From the IMG/VR virus record IMGVR_UViG_3300050343_000270, positions 1 to 64,000 of that record: DNA of 64,000 nt, one strand, 5' to 3'. The notes beneath the pieces were generated by a model. It did no database searches. It was not told the origin of the DNA and saw only the letters and a list, made by a program, of their open reading frames with translations. The position numbers and the translations under genes were made by a program. Shown here piece after piece: positions 50,661-59,820 of the stretch (the first letter of the stretch is position 1; the number at the start of each line of letters is the position of its first letter). This DNA comes from a virus.

Positions 50661-51188
50661 ATGAACGACTTCGGAAATCTAGCCACACAAATCGTCACAT
50701 ACGACTTCCCTGACGATACTGGGACTTATCCCACCTCATACGTTTCAGGCTGGTTAGACGCCAATTTGGGCGAATTAAACCTACTTACAAACGAAGAGTT
50801 CTCCGCAAATGATACAGGTGCTATTGTTTTAGGATCTGGCGACTCTGCCAGTCACGGGTTAACGTCTCAAGAATTAGAGATATTCAAAACTCTTTATGAG
50901 GTTCACTATTATGAGAAAGCCGCAAGAGATTCTTTGAGGTCTGCGACTTATGGAACATCAGCAGATTGGATCACACTGAAAGAAGGTGATACCACTATTC
51001 AAAGGCAGAATAAAAATTCTGTAGCTAAAACCTTTAGGGATTTTTCGAGCGACTCAAGAGAAAAGCTTGGTCAGATTGTTTTCCAATACAACCGATACAG
51101 GTCTGGACCAAGACAAGTTCATGGGGCTGATTCAATAAGTAGTCACGACGCTTTTGATTCTACGAGCGTGGCTAATATCCGAGATTAA
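50661..51188 (+). CDS. Putative head-tail adaptor
   Basis: Size and synteny. Confidence 0.55.
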   Translation: MNDFGNLATQIVTYDFPDDTGTYPTSYVSGWLDANLGELNLLTNEEFSANDTGAIVLGSGDSASHGLTSQELEIFKTLYEVHYYEKAARDSLRSATYGTSADWITLKEGDTTIQRQNKNSVAKTFRDFSSDSREKLGQIVFQYNRYRSGPRQVHGADSISSHDAFDSTSVANIRD

Positions 51189-51190
51189 TT

Positions 51191-51631
51191 ATGGCTTCTA
51201 TACTAAATGACACTGAAAAGGCTGAGATCCAGTCTTCCTTACAGGACGTTCGGGATACGTTCGCAAGAGATATTTATGTATATACAAAAACCCAACAACC
51301 TGCATCTTGGTCGAATAATCCATTTTATGGAAATTCTGGCACGACATCATCTCTGTCAACCCAAGAGGAATTAACTAAATTCACTTACTCTGCAAATATT
51401 CTATACGAAAACGACCAAGACGAAAAATTGTTTGATGGTGGGGGTCAAGCGGGTCTGTCTTCTTCAGAAGGTAGAATAAGAATAAAAGTCAATGCAGAGG
51501 CAAACGAAAAGATTAAAATATGTGAGCGCATAGAGGTTGACGGCAATTTATTTGTTGTAGATAGCGACCCAAAAGCAATTGGACCGTTTAGCCCACAGGC
51601 TTATATGTGGTATCTAAAACGCGAAAACTAA
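51191..51631 (+). CDS. Putative head closure protein
   Basis: Size and synteny; RIEVDG..F.V C-terminal pattern. Confidence 0.55.
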   Translation: MASILNDTEKAEIQSSLQDVRDTFARDIYVYTKTQQPASWSNNPFYGNSGTTSSLSTQEELTKFTYSANILYENDQDEKLFDGGGQAGLSSSEGRIRIKVNAEANEKIKICERIEVDGNLFVVDSDPKAIGPFSPQAYMWYLKREN

Positions 51632-52239
51632 TGCCTCGACAAAGTGTCAAAGTTTATATTGATCCCAAATTACTGAAAGATAGTTTATCTTCTGGTGGTA
51701 ACGGAGCGAGTGTTGCTAGGCTTATGTCAGCGTCCGCGCAAGATCACATAAAAACAAAACAAGATGACCTAGTTAAGAATTTGATGGAACATCCTGTTTC
51801 GAAGGAGATTTCTGATGGTTCGACAGCATCAAATATAAGCGGAACACTTGGTGGTTATGGAAACTTGTTTTCTTTTTTGGGGTTCGATAACGGAAGTGAT
51901 CCTGTAGCAGTGATTGAGGGAATTTTATCCAAGAAATTAAGACATAAAGTCAAACCTCGTGGTAGAGGTAGTTTTTTAATTACGGTTTTCATACCAGAAG
52001 CTAAAGAGATTTTTGCAGATACGCCCATGCCTTGGGCTTCTGGATTAAGTTGGGCGGAGGGAGTAGAAAAGGGGGTAAGTAATGCGGCGGCATATTTATT
52101 CAACCCCAAAGGTTTCCCTGATTCTAAATCTGGAACTGGTTTACAGTCTCAAAATAAGGTTTCAGGTGTAAGTTTCAAGAGAACTCCGTATATCACTAAT
52201 TTGATACAGCAGTTTAAAAAAGACCTACTAAAATCTTGA
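51631..52239 (+). CDS. Putative neck/tail completion protein
   Basis: Synteny; TAATG overlap start. Confidence 0.5.
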   Translation: MPRQSVKVYIDPKLLKDSLSSGGNGASVARLMSASAQDHIKTKQDDLVKNLMEHPVSKEISDGSTASNISGTLGGYGNLFSFLGFDNGSDPVAVIEGILSKKLRHKVKPRGRGSFLITVFIPEAKEIFADTPMPWASGLSWAEGVEKGVSNAAAYLFNPKGFPDSKSGTGLQSQNKVSGVSFKRTPYITNLIQQFKKDLLKS

Positions 52240-53114
52240 AAGCGCAATTCGATCATCAACTATTAATGAGTTTTTATCTTTGGTTTGAGAAACAACTTCT
52301 CAGCCAAAATATAGAAGCTTACCAAACTGGTATATCCAATACTTTCAAATATGTTGATTTTAAGGATATTCCAGATAGCTTTGTGGGTTATCAGGGGCAA
52401 TTCAGACAGCTTGTGGCAGAACAAGAAATAACCAATCCCAACTCTGGTTTTTTTGTTGGCGGGTCATTTGTAACAGGTGACTCTAGTGAAAATGGAGGTG
52501 TGCATACAGACTACAATAATGGTAGGATTCTTTTCCCATCTGCATCTGGACAAAATTTAACGGTGACAGCCGATTCTGCGGTCAAAGAGATAAATACTTA
52601 TACGAGCAACGACGATGATTTATCTATTCTTATCCATTCCGACTTTGTGGAAGAGGGACAAGGCTCTCAATACATGTATAACCAAAGCTCCAAGCTTGAT
52701 GAGAAGTCTTACTTTTTGCCCGCTTGTATTATTACATTGGTGGACTCCAGTAATGAGGAGTTCGCTTTCGGCGGAGAAGAAGACACGAAAAGTAGGATTC
52801 GAGTTATCTTGTTGTCCAAGAATGAATTTATCATGGACGGCGTAGCTTCCAGATGTAGGGATATGGTTAGAAATAACATAACTCACATCCCTTACAGTGA
52901 ATTACCATATGGTCAGTCATTTAGTTTAAAGAACTACCCTTATCAGTATGATGAACTAAAATCTTCTCAGGGCGATAATGCCCTTGTCTCCCATGTAAAC
53001 AAAGTGTCTGTCACTACTGCGGTGTCAGAAACGGTCAGAGAAAGGCTCAATAAGAATGTTGGTGTTTCCTTTATAGACTTTGATTTGTCTACATATAGAT
53101 TCCCAAGAGTATAA
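52236..53114 (+). CDS. Putative tail terminator
   Basis: Directly upstream of the tail tube gene. Confidence 0.5.
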   Translation: MKAQFDHQLLMSFYLWFEKQLLSQNIEAYQTGISNTFKYVDFKDIPDSFVGYQGQFRQLVAEQEITNPNSGFFVGGSFVTGDSSENGGVHTDYNNGRILFPSASGQNLTVTADSAVKEINTYTSNDDDLSILIHSDFVEEGQGSQYMYNQSSKLDEKSYFLPACIITLVDSSNEEFAFGGEEDTKSRIRVILLSKNEFIMDGVASRCRDMVRNNITHIPYSELPYGQSFSLKNYPYQYDELKSSQGDNALVSHVNKVSVTTAVSETVRERLNKNVGVSFIDFDLSTYRFPRV

Positions 53115-53147
53115 TTGGGTGTAAGTTTTAAAAACATTTATCTACTT

Positions 53148-54320
53148 ATGTCATCAAGAACTCGCGTAATTTCACAAAACAAGTCCGTCTATGTATCTGA
53201 TACTGGATGGTATATAGATGCCGACGAAAACATGATCGAGCCGCATCAGCTACATCGTGTTGATACCTTCTCCTTTGAAGTTGATTTAGCTGGCGCCCGC
53301 GAAGATATTCGCGAATTTGGTCAACTTGCTAGAATCGGCACTTTAACAATGAGGGAAATCAACCCAACAGTGTCATTTGGCTATTACCTCGGTAACGGCG
53401 AAAATGAACTTGCAATAGGACTAACTTCTTCAGAAGATTTCAATGCACAAATGATCAGTGGTATTTTAACTGAAGATGTTGCTAGTCGCGAGAAGAACAT
53501 TTACACCGTTATTGTTAAAGAAGGCGAAGACGCTTTCAACTCATCTGCTTATCAATCGCAAAGCGAAAACCATGATGTTATTGGTTTCGGAAACTCTGTC
53601 TTAACAAGTTACAGCAGTAACTTCGCTGTTGGAGAAATCCCTAGGGTAGATGTTGAGTGGGAAGCCTCAAATGTGATTTTCTACACAGGTGGTCACTCTG
53701 GCTTCAAGAACCCATCAATTGATAAAGAGGGCGCTCGTGCTGATGAAGGTGTTTTCAATCTTCCTGCACCAAGCACTGGAAACATGAACGTTTTAGTTCT
53801 TCGTCCCGACGACATCACTGTTAGCTTTGCTAATGACGACATTACCGCTGGAAATCTCGGTGGAACAAACTTTAGTGACATGTGTATCCAAAGCTGTTCT
53901 GTTGAAGTTCCATTAAGTCGTGGTAATATTGAATGTCTTGGCGAAGAAAGAGCGGTTGCAAAACCACTTGAGTTCCCAATCGATGTTACTGTCAGCATTA
54001 ACGCTATTGTCAAAAACTTCAAAGAAGGCGCTCTTGAGTATGTTCTCACAGGAACTGCTGGAGACAATAACACCGACATCAGTGTTGATATTAAGAATGA
54101 CGCTCTCGATGGAGTTCACAAGTTCACCCTTAAGAATGCTGTTCTCGACAACCAAAGCTTTAGCCAAGGTCTAGACGACAACGAAACTGTTGACTTGACT
54201 TTCTCTGCTCAAATTGGTGGAGCTAGCACAACCACAGATGGATTATTCTGGAGTGGTGCGGGAACTTACACTTCAGCAGTCCCAACCAGCGGTGACGCGG
54301 TAGCGGCTCAACCAATCTAA
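53148..54320 (+). CDS. Major tail tube protein
   Basis: Acidic, beta-rich, internally duplicated; followed by a terminator. Confidence 0.7.
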   Translation: MSSRTRVISQNKSVYVSDTGWYIDADENMIEPHQLHRVDTFSFEVDLAGAREDIREFGQLARIGTLTMREINPTVSFGYYLGNGENELAIGLTSSEDFNAQMISGILTEDVASREKNIYTVIVKEGEDAFNSSAYQSQSENHDVIGFGNSVLTSYSSNFAVGEIPRVDVEWEASNVIFYTGGHSGFKNPSIDKEGARADEGVFNLPAPSTGNMNVLVLRPDDITVSFANDDITAGNLGGTNFSDMCIQSCSVEVPLSRGNIECLGEERAVAKPLEFPIDVTVSINAIVKNFKEGALEYVLTGTAGDNNTDISVDIKNDALDGVHKFTLKNAVLDNQSFSQGLDDNETVDLTFSAQIGGASTTTDGLFWSGAGTYTSAVPTSGDAVAAQPI

Positions 54321-54345
54321 GCTAATTTATTATTAGTTGCTCAAT

Positions 54346-54378
54346 AGCGGCTCTGCCTTGTGGCAGGGTCGCTTTTTT
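54346..54378 (+). terminator. Intrinsic terminator
   Basis: AGCGGCTCTGCC..GGCAGGGTCGCT plus T run. Confidence 0.85.
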
Positions 54379-54392
54379 GTGTAATATAAGAC

Positions 54393-55331
54393 ATGCCAGT
54401 GTTTCGTATAGATTCAAGTGACAAACAGGTTTTCATCAACAATACTAGGTTGATGGGCGTTCAGGCTTGTAATATAGAGACGGATAAGGATTTCGAAACT
54501 ATACGATCAATTGGAGATATCAATGTCACTGATAGGATTTTAAAATCAAATCAAACGACAAATCTATCGATTGACTTCATGCTTTGCGATACTAATCAAA
54601 ACGACCCATTTTTTGATTTTCAAACAAGCGGGATTCTTTCTGTTGAAGATTTCAATTACAACATTAAAGACTCTGTTCAGGAAACTGTCATTACTGGCGC
54701 ATACATGACCTCCTACAGCATTGAGGGTGCTGTTGGTGAGTTGGTCAAGGGAAGCGTGGCTTACGAGTGTGATGGCTTTGATTTCAATAATACAGGCATA
54801 TTAAGCGGAAACTATCAAAGTAGCGATTCTTACAGTGTGTATCAACCGCAGGATATTTCTATTTCCACGGATTTTAATGAAGGTGTGTCTACTTCTGGTT
54901 TGTGCATACAGAACTTTAGCTTAAATTTTGATATTAGTAGGAACGCTATAAACCAAATGGGCAGTCTTACGCCAAAAATGCGATACCCAGAGTTGCCAGC
55001 GGAAGGTGATTTGAGTTTCTCTGTTATTAAGAATAAAGTAACTGGAATTGATTTGTCTTCACTGGTTCTTGATAAAGGCTTGTTGAGTATAACGCTTAAT
55101 GAATCCCAATCCAACCAAAGACAATACAATATAAACGACTGCTCTTTAATTTCTATATCAGAAGGGCATTCTTTAGACGACAATGCGACCTTAGATTTTA
55201 AATATGTATTTAGTGTAAATAAGAGCGATGTATATGACACTGACCATTTTTATAGATCACCTGTTTACAGATCGACTTCTGGATTTACTTATCTACAACC
55301 TGACGGGTCCAGTTTTTATATACAACCTTAA
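54393..55331 (+). CDS. Tail tube-like protein (paralogue of 53148..54320)
   Basis: Shared TSYS...AVGE, CIQ and LDDN motifs. Confidence 0.65.
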   Translation: MPVFRIDSSDKQVFINNTRLMGVQACNIETDKDFETIRSIGDINVTDRILKSNQTTNLSIDFMLCDTNQNDPFFDFQTSGILSVEDFNYNIKDSVQETVITGAYMTSYSIEGAVGELVKGSVAYECDGFDFNNTGILSGNYQSSDSYSVYQPQDISISTDFNEGVSTSGLCIQNFSLNFDISRNAINQMGSLTPKMRYPELPAEGDLSFSVIKNKVTGIDLSSLVLDKGLLSITLNESQSNQRQYNINDCSLISISEGHSLDDNATLDFKYVFSVNKSDVYDTDHFYRSPVYRSTSGFTYLQPDGSSFYIQP

Positions 55332-55351
55332 TTCTAACACCACTAAAAATT

Positions 55352-56581
55352 ATGCCTGACGTAACTGTAACATCCGATATAGATACTTTTTTAAAGAGTT
55401 CAAATAATTCAACTGCCAGAACAAACCTTGGAGCAGAATCTGCACCCACCTCTATCGCCAACAAAGAAGCCGCCTATGCCCTGACAGGTGTGGCAGTCGG
55501 CACCGTTTATAAGACCGAGGACACGGGGCAGGTGATGGAGTATCGAGGGGGAGGGGAATCTTTGCCTACCAGTTGGCAATTTAACGTCACTGTAGACGGG
55601 GGCAGTAAAAACGCGAAACTCTCCGACATACCAGCAGGGAACCCAGCAGGTATCGTCAGAATGGTCAGCACAAAGACCAGCAACTTATCCGTCACGGTAA
55701 AACATGATGGCACGGAGTCGGCTACGGGCATCTGTTACTCAGTGGACGGAGGCGCACCTGTCTATGGAGCCATTGCGGCAGATACCAGCCTTAATCTATC
55801 CATCCCACACAATGGCGGCGCCCCCACGGAAATTTACATTTGGAGTGCTACCAGTGCCTCTAGCGGCAAGAAAGGGGAGTTGACCTATCTGTCTTGCTCC
55901 AACATCTCCTTGACCTCACTTGATGTTTCGGGCTTGACGGCATTGACCCTTCTGTATTGCCACAACAACTCCTTGACCTCACTTGATGTTTCGGGTTTGA
56001 CGGCATTGACCACTCTGTATTGCCACGAAAACTCCTTGACCTCACTCGATGTTTCGGGCTTGACGGCATTGACCACTCTGTATTGCTACAACAACTCCTT
56101 GACCTCACTCGATGTTTCGGGCTTGACGGCATTGACCCTTCTGTATTGCCACAACAACTCCTTGACCTCACTCGATGTTTCGGGCTTGACGGCATTGACC
56201 ACTCTGTATTGCTACAACAACTCCTTGACCTCACTCGATGTTTCGGGTTTGACGGCATTGACCTCTCTGTATTGCAACAACAACTCCTTGACCTCACTCG
56301 ATGTTTCGGGTTTGACGGCATTAACCTATCTGTTTTGCACCAACAACTCCTTGACCTCACTCCTAGCAACGGGCGTTGACCTTAGCTTTGAGTATTATGG
56401 AGTAGTAGGCTCCGACATCGGTGACAACGACCTGACCGAAGCGGCATTGATCGCGTTTGTAGATTCCCTCGCCACAACCGCAACGGGGCTTATCGCATAC
56501 GGCGGCAACATAGGTTCCGCAGAGTTTGAAACATGGCTCGCAACGGGCGATGACAAGGGATACATCTGGTTAAATAGTTAA
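55352..56581 (+). CDS. Internalin-like LRR protein, putative receptor-binding protein
   Basis: About 7.5 near-identical 21-aa repeats LTxLYCxNNSLTSLDVSGLTA. Confidence 0.85.
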   Translation: MPDVTVTSDIDTFLKSSNNSTARTNLGAESAPTSIANKEAAYALTGVAVGTVYKTEDTGQVMEYRGGGESLPTSWQFNVTVDGGSKNAKLSDIPAGNPAGIVRMVSTKTSNLSVTVKHDGTESATGICYSVDGGAPVYGAIAADTSLNLSIPHNGGAPTEIYIWSATSASSGKKGELTYLSCSNISLTSLDVSGLTALTLLYCHNNSLTSLDVSGLTALTTLYCHENSLTSLDVSGLTALTTLYCYNNSLTSLDVSGLTALTLLYCHNNSLTSLDVSGLTALTTLYCYNNSLTSLDVSGLTALTSLYCNNNSLTSLDVSGLTALTYLFCTNNSLTSLLATGVDLSFEYYGVVGSDIGDNDLTEAALIAFVDSLATTATGLIAYGGNIGSAEFETWLATGDDKGYIWLNS

Positions 56582-56582
56582 T

Positions 56583-57089
56583 ATGAAATGCGCTAATTAC
56601 AATAACACAGGTAAGCAGGTCGAACGTGACTTTGCAGCGTCACAGGCTGTAGAGTTTCGGGAGACGGGCAACGTCTTTGAGTTTGGAACCTACCATGGTT
56701 TCACCACTGCTTGCCTTGCCGAAGTTGCCGACCACGTATGGACTCTCGATCTACCTAACGGTGGTGAAGGTCTGCACCTTGAAATCCAACCGAACAAAGA
56801 CCTTGGGCATTTTTACAAGTTCCACAAGTTTGATAACATCACTCAACTCACGGAAGACTCCATGACGTTTGATCCGTCAGTCATTCCTCCATGTGATCTT
56901 GTGGTAGTCGATGCAAACCATGACTACGAACACACCAAGAACGACTGCGACAAAGCACTCTCCATGCTCCGCGCTGGTGGCTGTCTCCTTGTTCATGACG
57001 CACATTATCCCTCAGTGGCTAAATACCTAGCCCAACACGATCACGAACTCATACCTAACACACGCTATGCAAAAATATTACACAACTAA
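56583..57089 (+). CDS. Class I SAM-dependent methyltransferase (Methyltransf_24-like)
   Basis: VFEFGTYHG, DLVVVDANHDY, GGCLLVHD. Confidence 0.85.
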   Translation: MKCANYNNTGKQVERDFAASQAVEFRETGNVFEFGTYHGFTTACLAEVADHVWTLDLPNGGEGLHLEIQPNKDLGHFYKFHKFDNITQLTEDSMTFDPSVIPPCDLVVVDANHDYEHTKNDCDKALSMLRAGGCLLVHDAHYPSVAKYLAQHDHELIPNTRYAKILHN

Positions 57090-57555
57090 AGAAGACAAGG
57101 ACGGAGATTACGTCACCGTCAATCACACCCGCTACACAGTCACCGAGATTGATCCAGCACGGGTTCACATCCCAGCAGGACGTGAGGCTGACATTGATCT
57201 CTATGACTCTCAAGCGGAGTTTCTAGCCGCCATGGGACTATCGCCAGTTGAGGGTCATGTATTCCCCGAACCAGAACCATTTCCTGCGGTTGCACCAGTT
57301 GTGCCTGACGTAGTGGACATGTGGAAGCTAAAGGCTGTTTTAGACATTGTAGGTAAAACCGCCATGATCGAAACTGTCATCGCTGGCATTCCCGACGAAG
57401 ATACGCGAGTTGCAACACAGGCTGGATGGAAACATGCTTCTACTATTGAGCGTGGGCATTCATTAGTTCAGGCGATGATTGCAATCCCCTCTCTCGATAT
57501 TGACGAAGAGGACATGGACGAATACTTTTTGGCAACTAAACAATACGATAAGTAA
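57067..57555 (+). CDS. Putative tail-fibre assembly/chaperone protein (paralogue of 5530..5991)
   Basis: VVPDVVDMWKLKAVL...MDEYFLATKQ. Confidence 0.6.
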   Translation: MQKYYTTKEDKDGDYVTVNHTRYTVTEIDPARVHIPAGREADIDLYDSQAEFLAAMGLSPVEGHVFPEPEPFPAVAPVVPDVVDMWKLKAVLDIVGKTAMIETVIAGIPDEDTRVATQAGWKHASTIERGHSLVQAMIAIPSLDIDEEDMDEYFLATKQYDK

Positions 57556-57611
57556 TTATTGAGACAAAGAACCGTAAAAAAATAAAAACCATAAGAGCCG
57601 CTTATTTTACA

Positions 57612-58070
57612 ATGATTGTTTACAAAAAAATATCATCCTATACTCAATCTGAGATTGATCTAACATTTTCCTCAAGTAATACAGAGGAGGTTTTTACTGT
57701 TTGCGGCGGATTAGCGGAAACGGGCGTGGGTTCAACGGGTCTTGTGACCACTGGGTTTTGTTTTTCTGGATACGATGGATATCTGTTTGATCAAAGTGGT
57801 AATTTTTTTGGTGGGTATCAGCCGAATAAACCATTTAGCTTGCAGGTTCACTTAAAGACAGGCAATACACTATCTTATTTTCAAAACGGTCAATTGATTG
57901 CAAACAACCTACATGTAGACGAAAACGTTGAATATATAAAACTAGAAAAAGAAAACATGTCGTCCACCGCGACTGTTTACGGTCAACCTCACGAAAGATT
58001 CACTCTTCCGTTTTTAATGCTTTCTGGAGGGGCGATTTCATTAAGTGGGGAATTGGTGGCTCAATCTTAA
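57612..58070 (+). CDS. Hypothetical tail protein
   Basis: 152-aa beta-rich ORF. Confidence 0.55.
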   Translation: MIVYKKISSYTQSEIDLTFSSSNTEEVFTVCGGLAETGVGSTGLVTTGFCFSGYDGYLFDQSGNFFGGYQPNKPFSLQVHLKTGNTLSYFQNGQLIANNLHVDENVEYIKLEKENMSSTATVYGQPHERFTLPFLMLSGGAISLSGELVAQS

Positions 58071-58113
58071 TTTTTTTTGTTTTTTTCCTTTTTTAAATAT
58101 ATAATATGTAGAT

Positions 58114-58935
58114 ATGAAAGAACTTTATTCGTTTGAAATTAAAAGAGAAGTTGAGGTCGAAATACCTCATGTAAAAAAAGTAAAAGGTAAAACTGTAGAT
58201 ACAACAAAAAAGGTTAAAAAAGACTTACCTTATCGTATCGTTTTCCAAAAACCAAGCAAGGCGGACATAGAAGACGCCGAGTTCTTTTACAGTCAAAAAT
58301 TTAACGAGTTCATTAACCTTGGGTTTCTGACTCGCGCAATGCTAAACAAGAAGATGGGTGATAACGGAGGTGTGGCTTCCAAGGAATTTTCTGAAGACTT
58401 GCAACGTTTGCTCAAAGAAAATATGGACGCGAGCAGGATTGTTGAGTTTTATAATTCAGCCAAAGATCTAGACAAAGAACAACAGAAAAAATTAGAGGAA
58501 GCAAAGTCTGTAATCGCAATTACTCAAAAGGAGATTATGGACTATGAAACAGCCATAAGCGAACAATTTAACCATACGGCGGATGTTAAAGCGGAACATA
58601 AGCTTTATGAATTTTTTATCTTTAATTTTTCATTTTTTGAGGAAACCATCAAAGGTGAGAAAAAGTTTTTCCCCATTTTTGAGGGTGAAGGTTATGATGA
58701 GAAGCGTGAATTTTACTTGTATATTTCAGAAGATGCTGAAGACATCGATGAGGACACACTTAAGAACAAGGATATTTTTGAAGAATCTTTTGATAAGCTA
58801 GTTAAAGTAATTAACGTGTGGTATAGGGGTCTTGGCAAAAACCAGAAAGAAATTGACGAGATATTAAAAACTATTGACGACGCTATTGATATTGAAAAAG
58901 AAGACGATAGCGAAGAAACCGAAAAGGATGAATGA
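58114..58935 (+). CDS. Putative tail assembly chaperone
   Basis: Synteny upstream of the tape measure gene. Confidence 0.5.
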   Translation: MKELYSFEIKREVEVEIPHVKKVKGKTVDTTKKVKKDLPYRIVFQKPSKADIEDAEFFYSQKFNEFINLGFLTRAMLNKKMGDNGGVASKEFSEDLQRLLKENMDASRIVEFYNSAKDLDKEQQKKLEEAKSVIAITQKEIMDYETAISEQFNHTADVKAEHKLYEFFIFNFSFFEETIKGEKKFFPIFEGEGYDEKREFYLYISEDAEDIDEDTLKNKDIFEESFDKLVKVINVWYRGLGKNQKEIDEILKTIDDAIDIEKEDDSEETEKDE

Positions 58936-59801
58936 GCAAAAGCAAAATAAATGCGGCTCAAGTCTTACTTGAAGTTTCTAGAGGGTATAGCATCATTGAT
59001 GTTAACGGCGAAGTTTTCTATTTCAAACATCCCAATAATATGGAGTCCTTGCAGAGCGAGGAACAGTATGAAATAATATATAACCGCGCCATTAAGAGGG
59101 GTATTTCTTCTGAGGAGAAACTTCTCAACAATTATATCAAAAGAGGCAAGTGGTCGTTAGAGAAGGAGGAGAAAATAAAGAGTTTGAAATGGATGATTGA
59201 TAAATCCACGACAGCCTCCTTAAAAATAACAGACGACCACCAGAGAAATGTGTTTTCTTCTGGCATCAAAAAACAAGAAGAGGAACTTAGCGAGTTGCAA
59301 GATAAACGTCATGCGTTGATTGGTCAAAGCGCGGAATCGTGGGCTAGCCAACAGCGAATGTTTAAAATGGTAGAAGACCATGTCTTTTCTGATGCTAAAT
59401 TCAAAAAGAATATAACCATTGGTGAAGATGTTTCATTTGTCGTAAATATACAAAAAAAGATATTAGAACTGTCTGAAAAGAGGTCTTTGCTCGCCGCAGT
59501 ATTCCAATCAGAGTTCTTTGATGTTTATTCGATTCAGTATAGAAACCCGATGACTATTTTTGGTGTTGATTTTTTCAATATCACAATATTCCAGAGGTAT
59601 CTGTTCTCTTATGCATCTGTTTTGTTAAACAAGCTTAAAAACGTGGAGATGCCAGATGAAATAAGGAATGATCCTGTTAAAATATTTGATTATAACCCAG
59701 ATAATAAAAACAAGGAAACTAAGACTAGTCATGGTATAGATGACATAAAGCAAACTTTAAAAAACAAAGGAAAGCTCACTGCGGAAGACCTCATAAACTG
59801 A
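58932..59801 (+). CDS. Putative tail assembly chaperone 2
   Basis: Synteny; C-terminal P.EIRNDP motif. Confidence 0.5.
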   Translation: MSKSKINAAQVLLEVSRGYSIIDVNGEVFYFKHPNNMESLQSEEQYEIIYNRAIKRGISSEEKLLNNYIKRGKWSLEKEEKIKSLKWMIDKSTTASLKITDDHQRNVFSSGIKKQEEELSELQDKRHALIGQSAESWASQQRMFKMVEDHVFSDAKFKKNITIGEDVSFVVNIQKKILELSEKRSLLAAVFQSEFFDVYSIQYRNPMTIFGVDFFNITIFQRYLFSYASVLLNKLKNVEMPDEIRNDPVKIFDYNPDNKNKETKTSHGIDDIKQTLKNKGKLTAEDLIN

Positions 59802-59820
59802 TTTGGTGTAATATTTTGTA

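Noticed and set aside
55880-56362. Diversity-generating retroelement TR/VR pair
   Set aside because: The repeats are tandem and coding, differences are not adenine-specific, and no reverse transcriptase is in the window.
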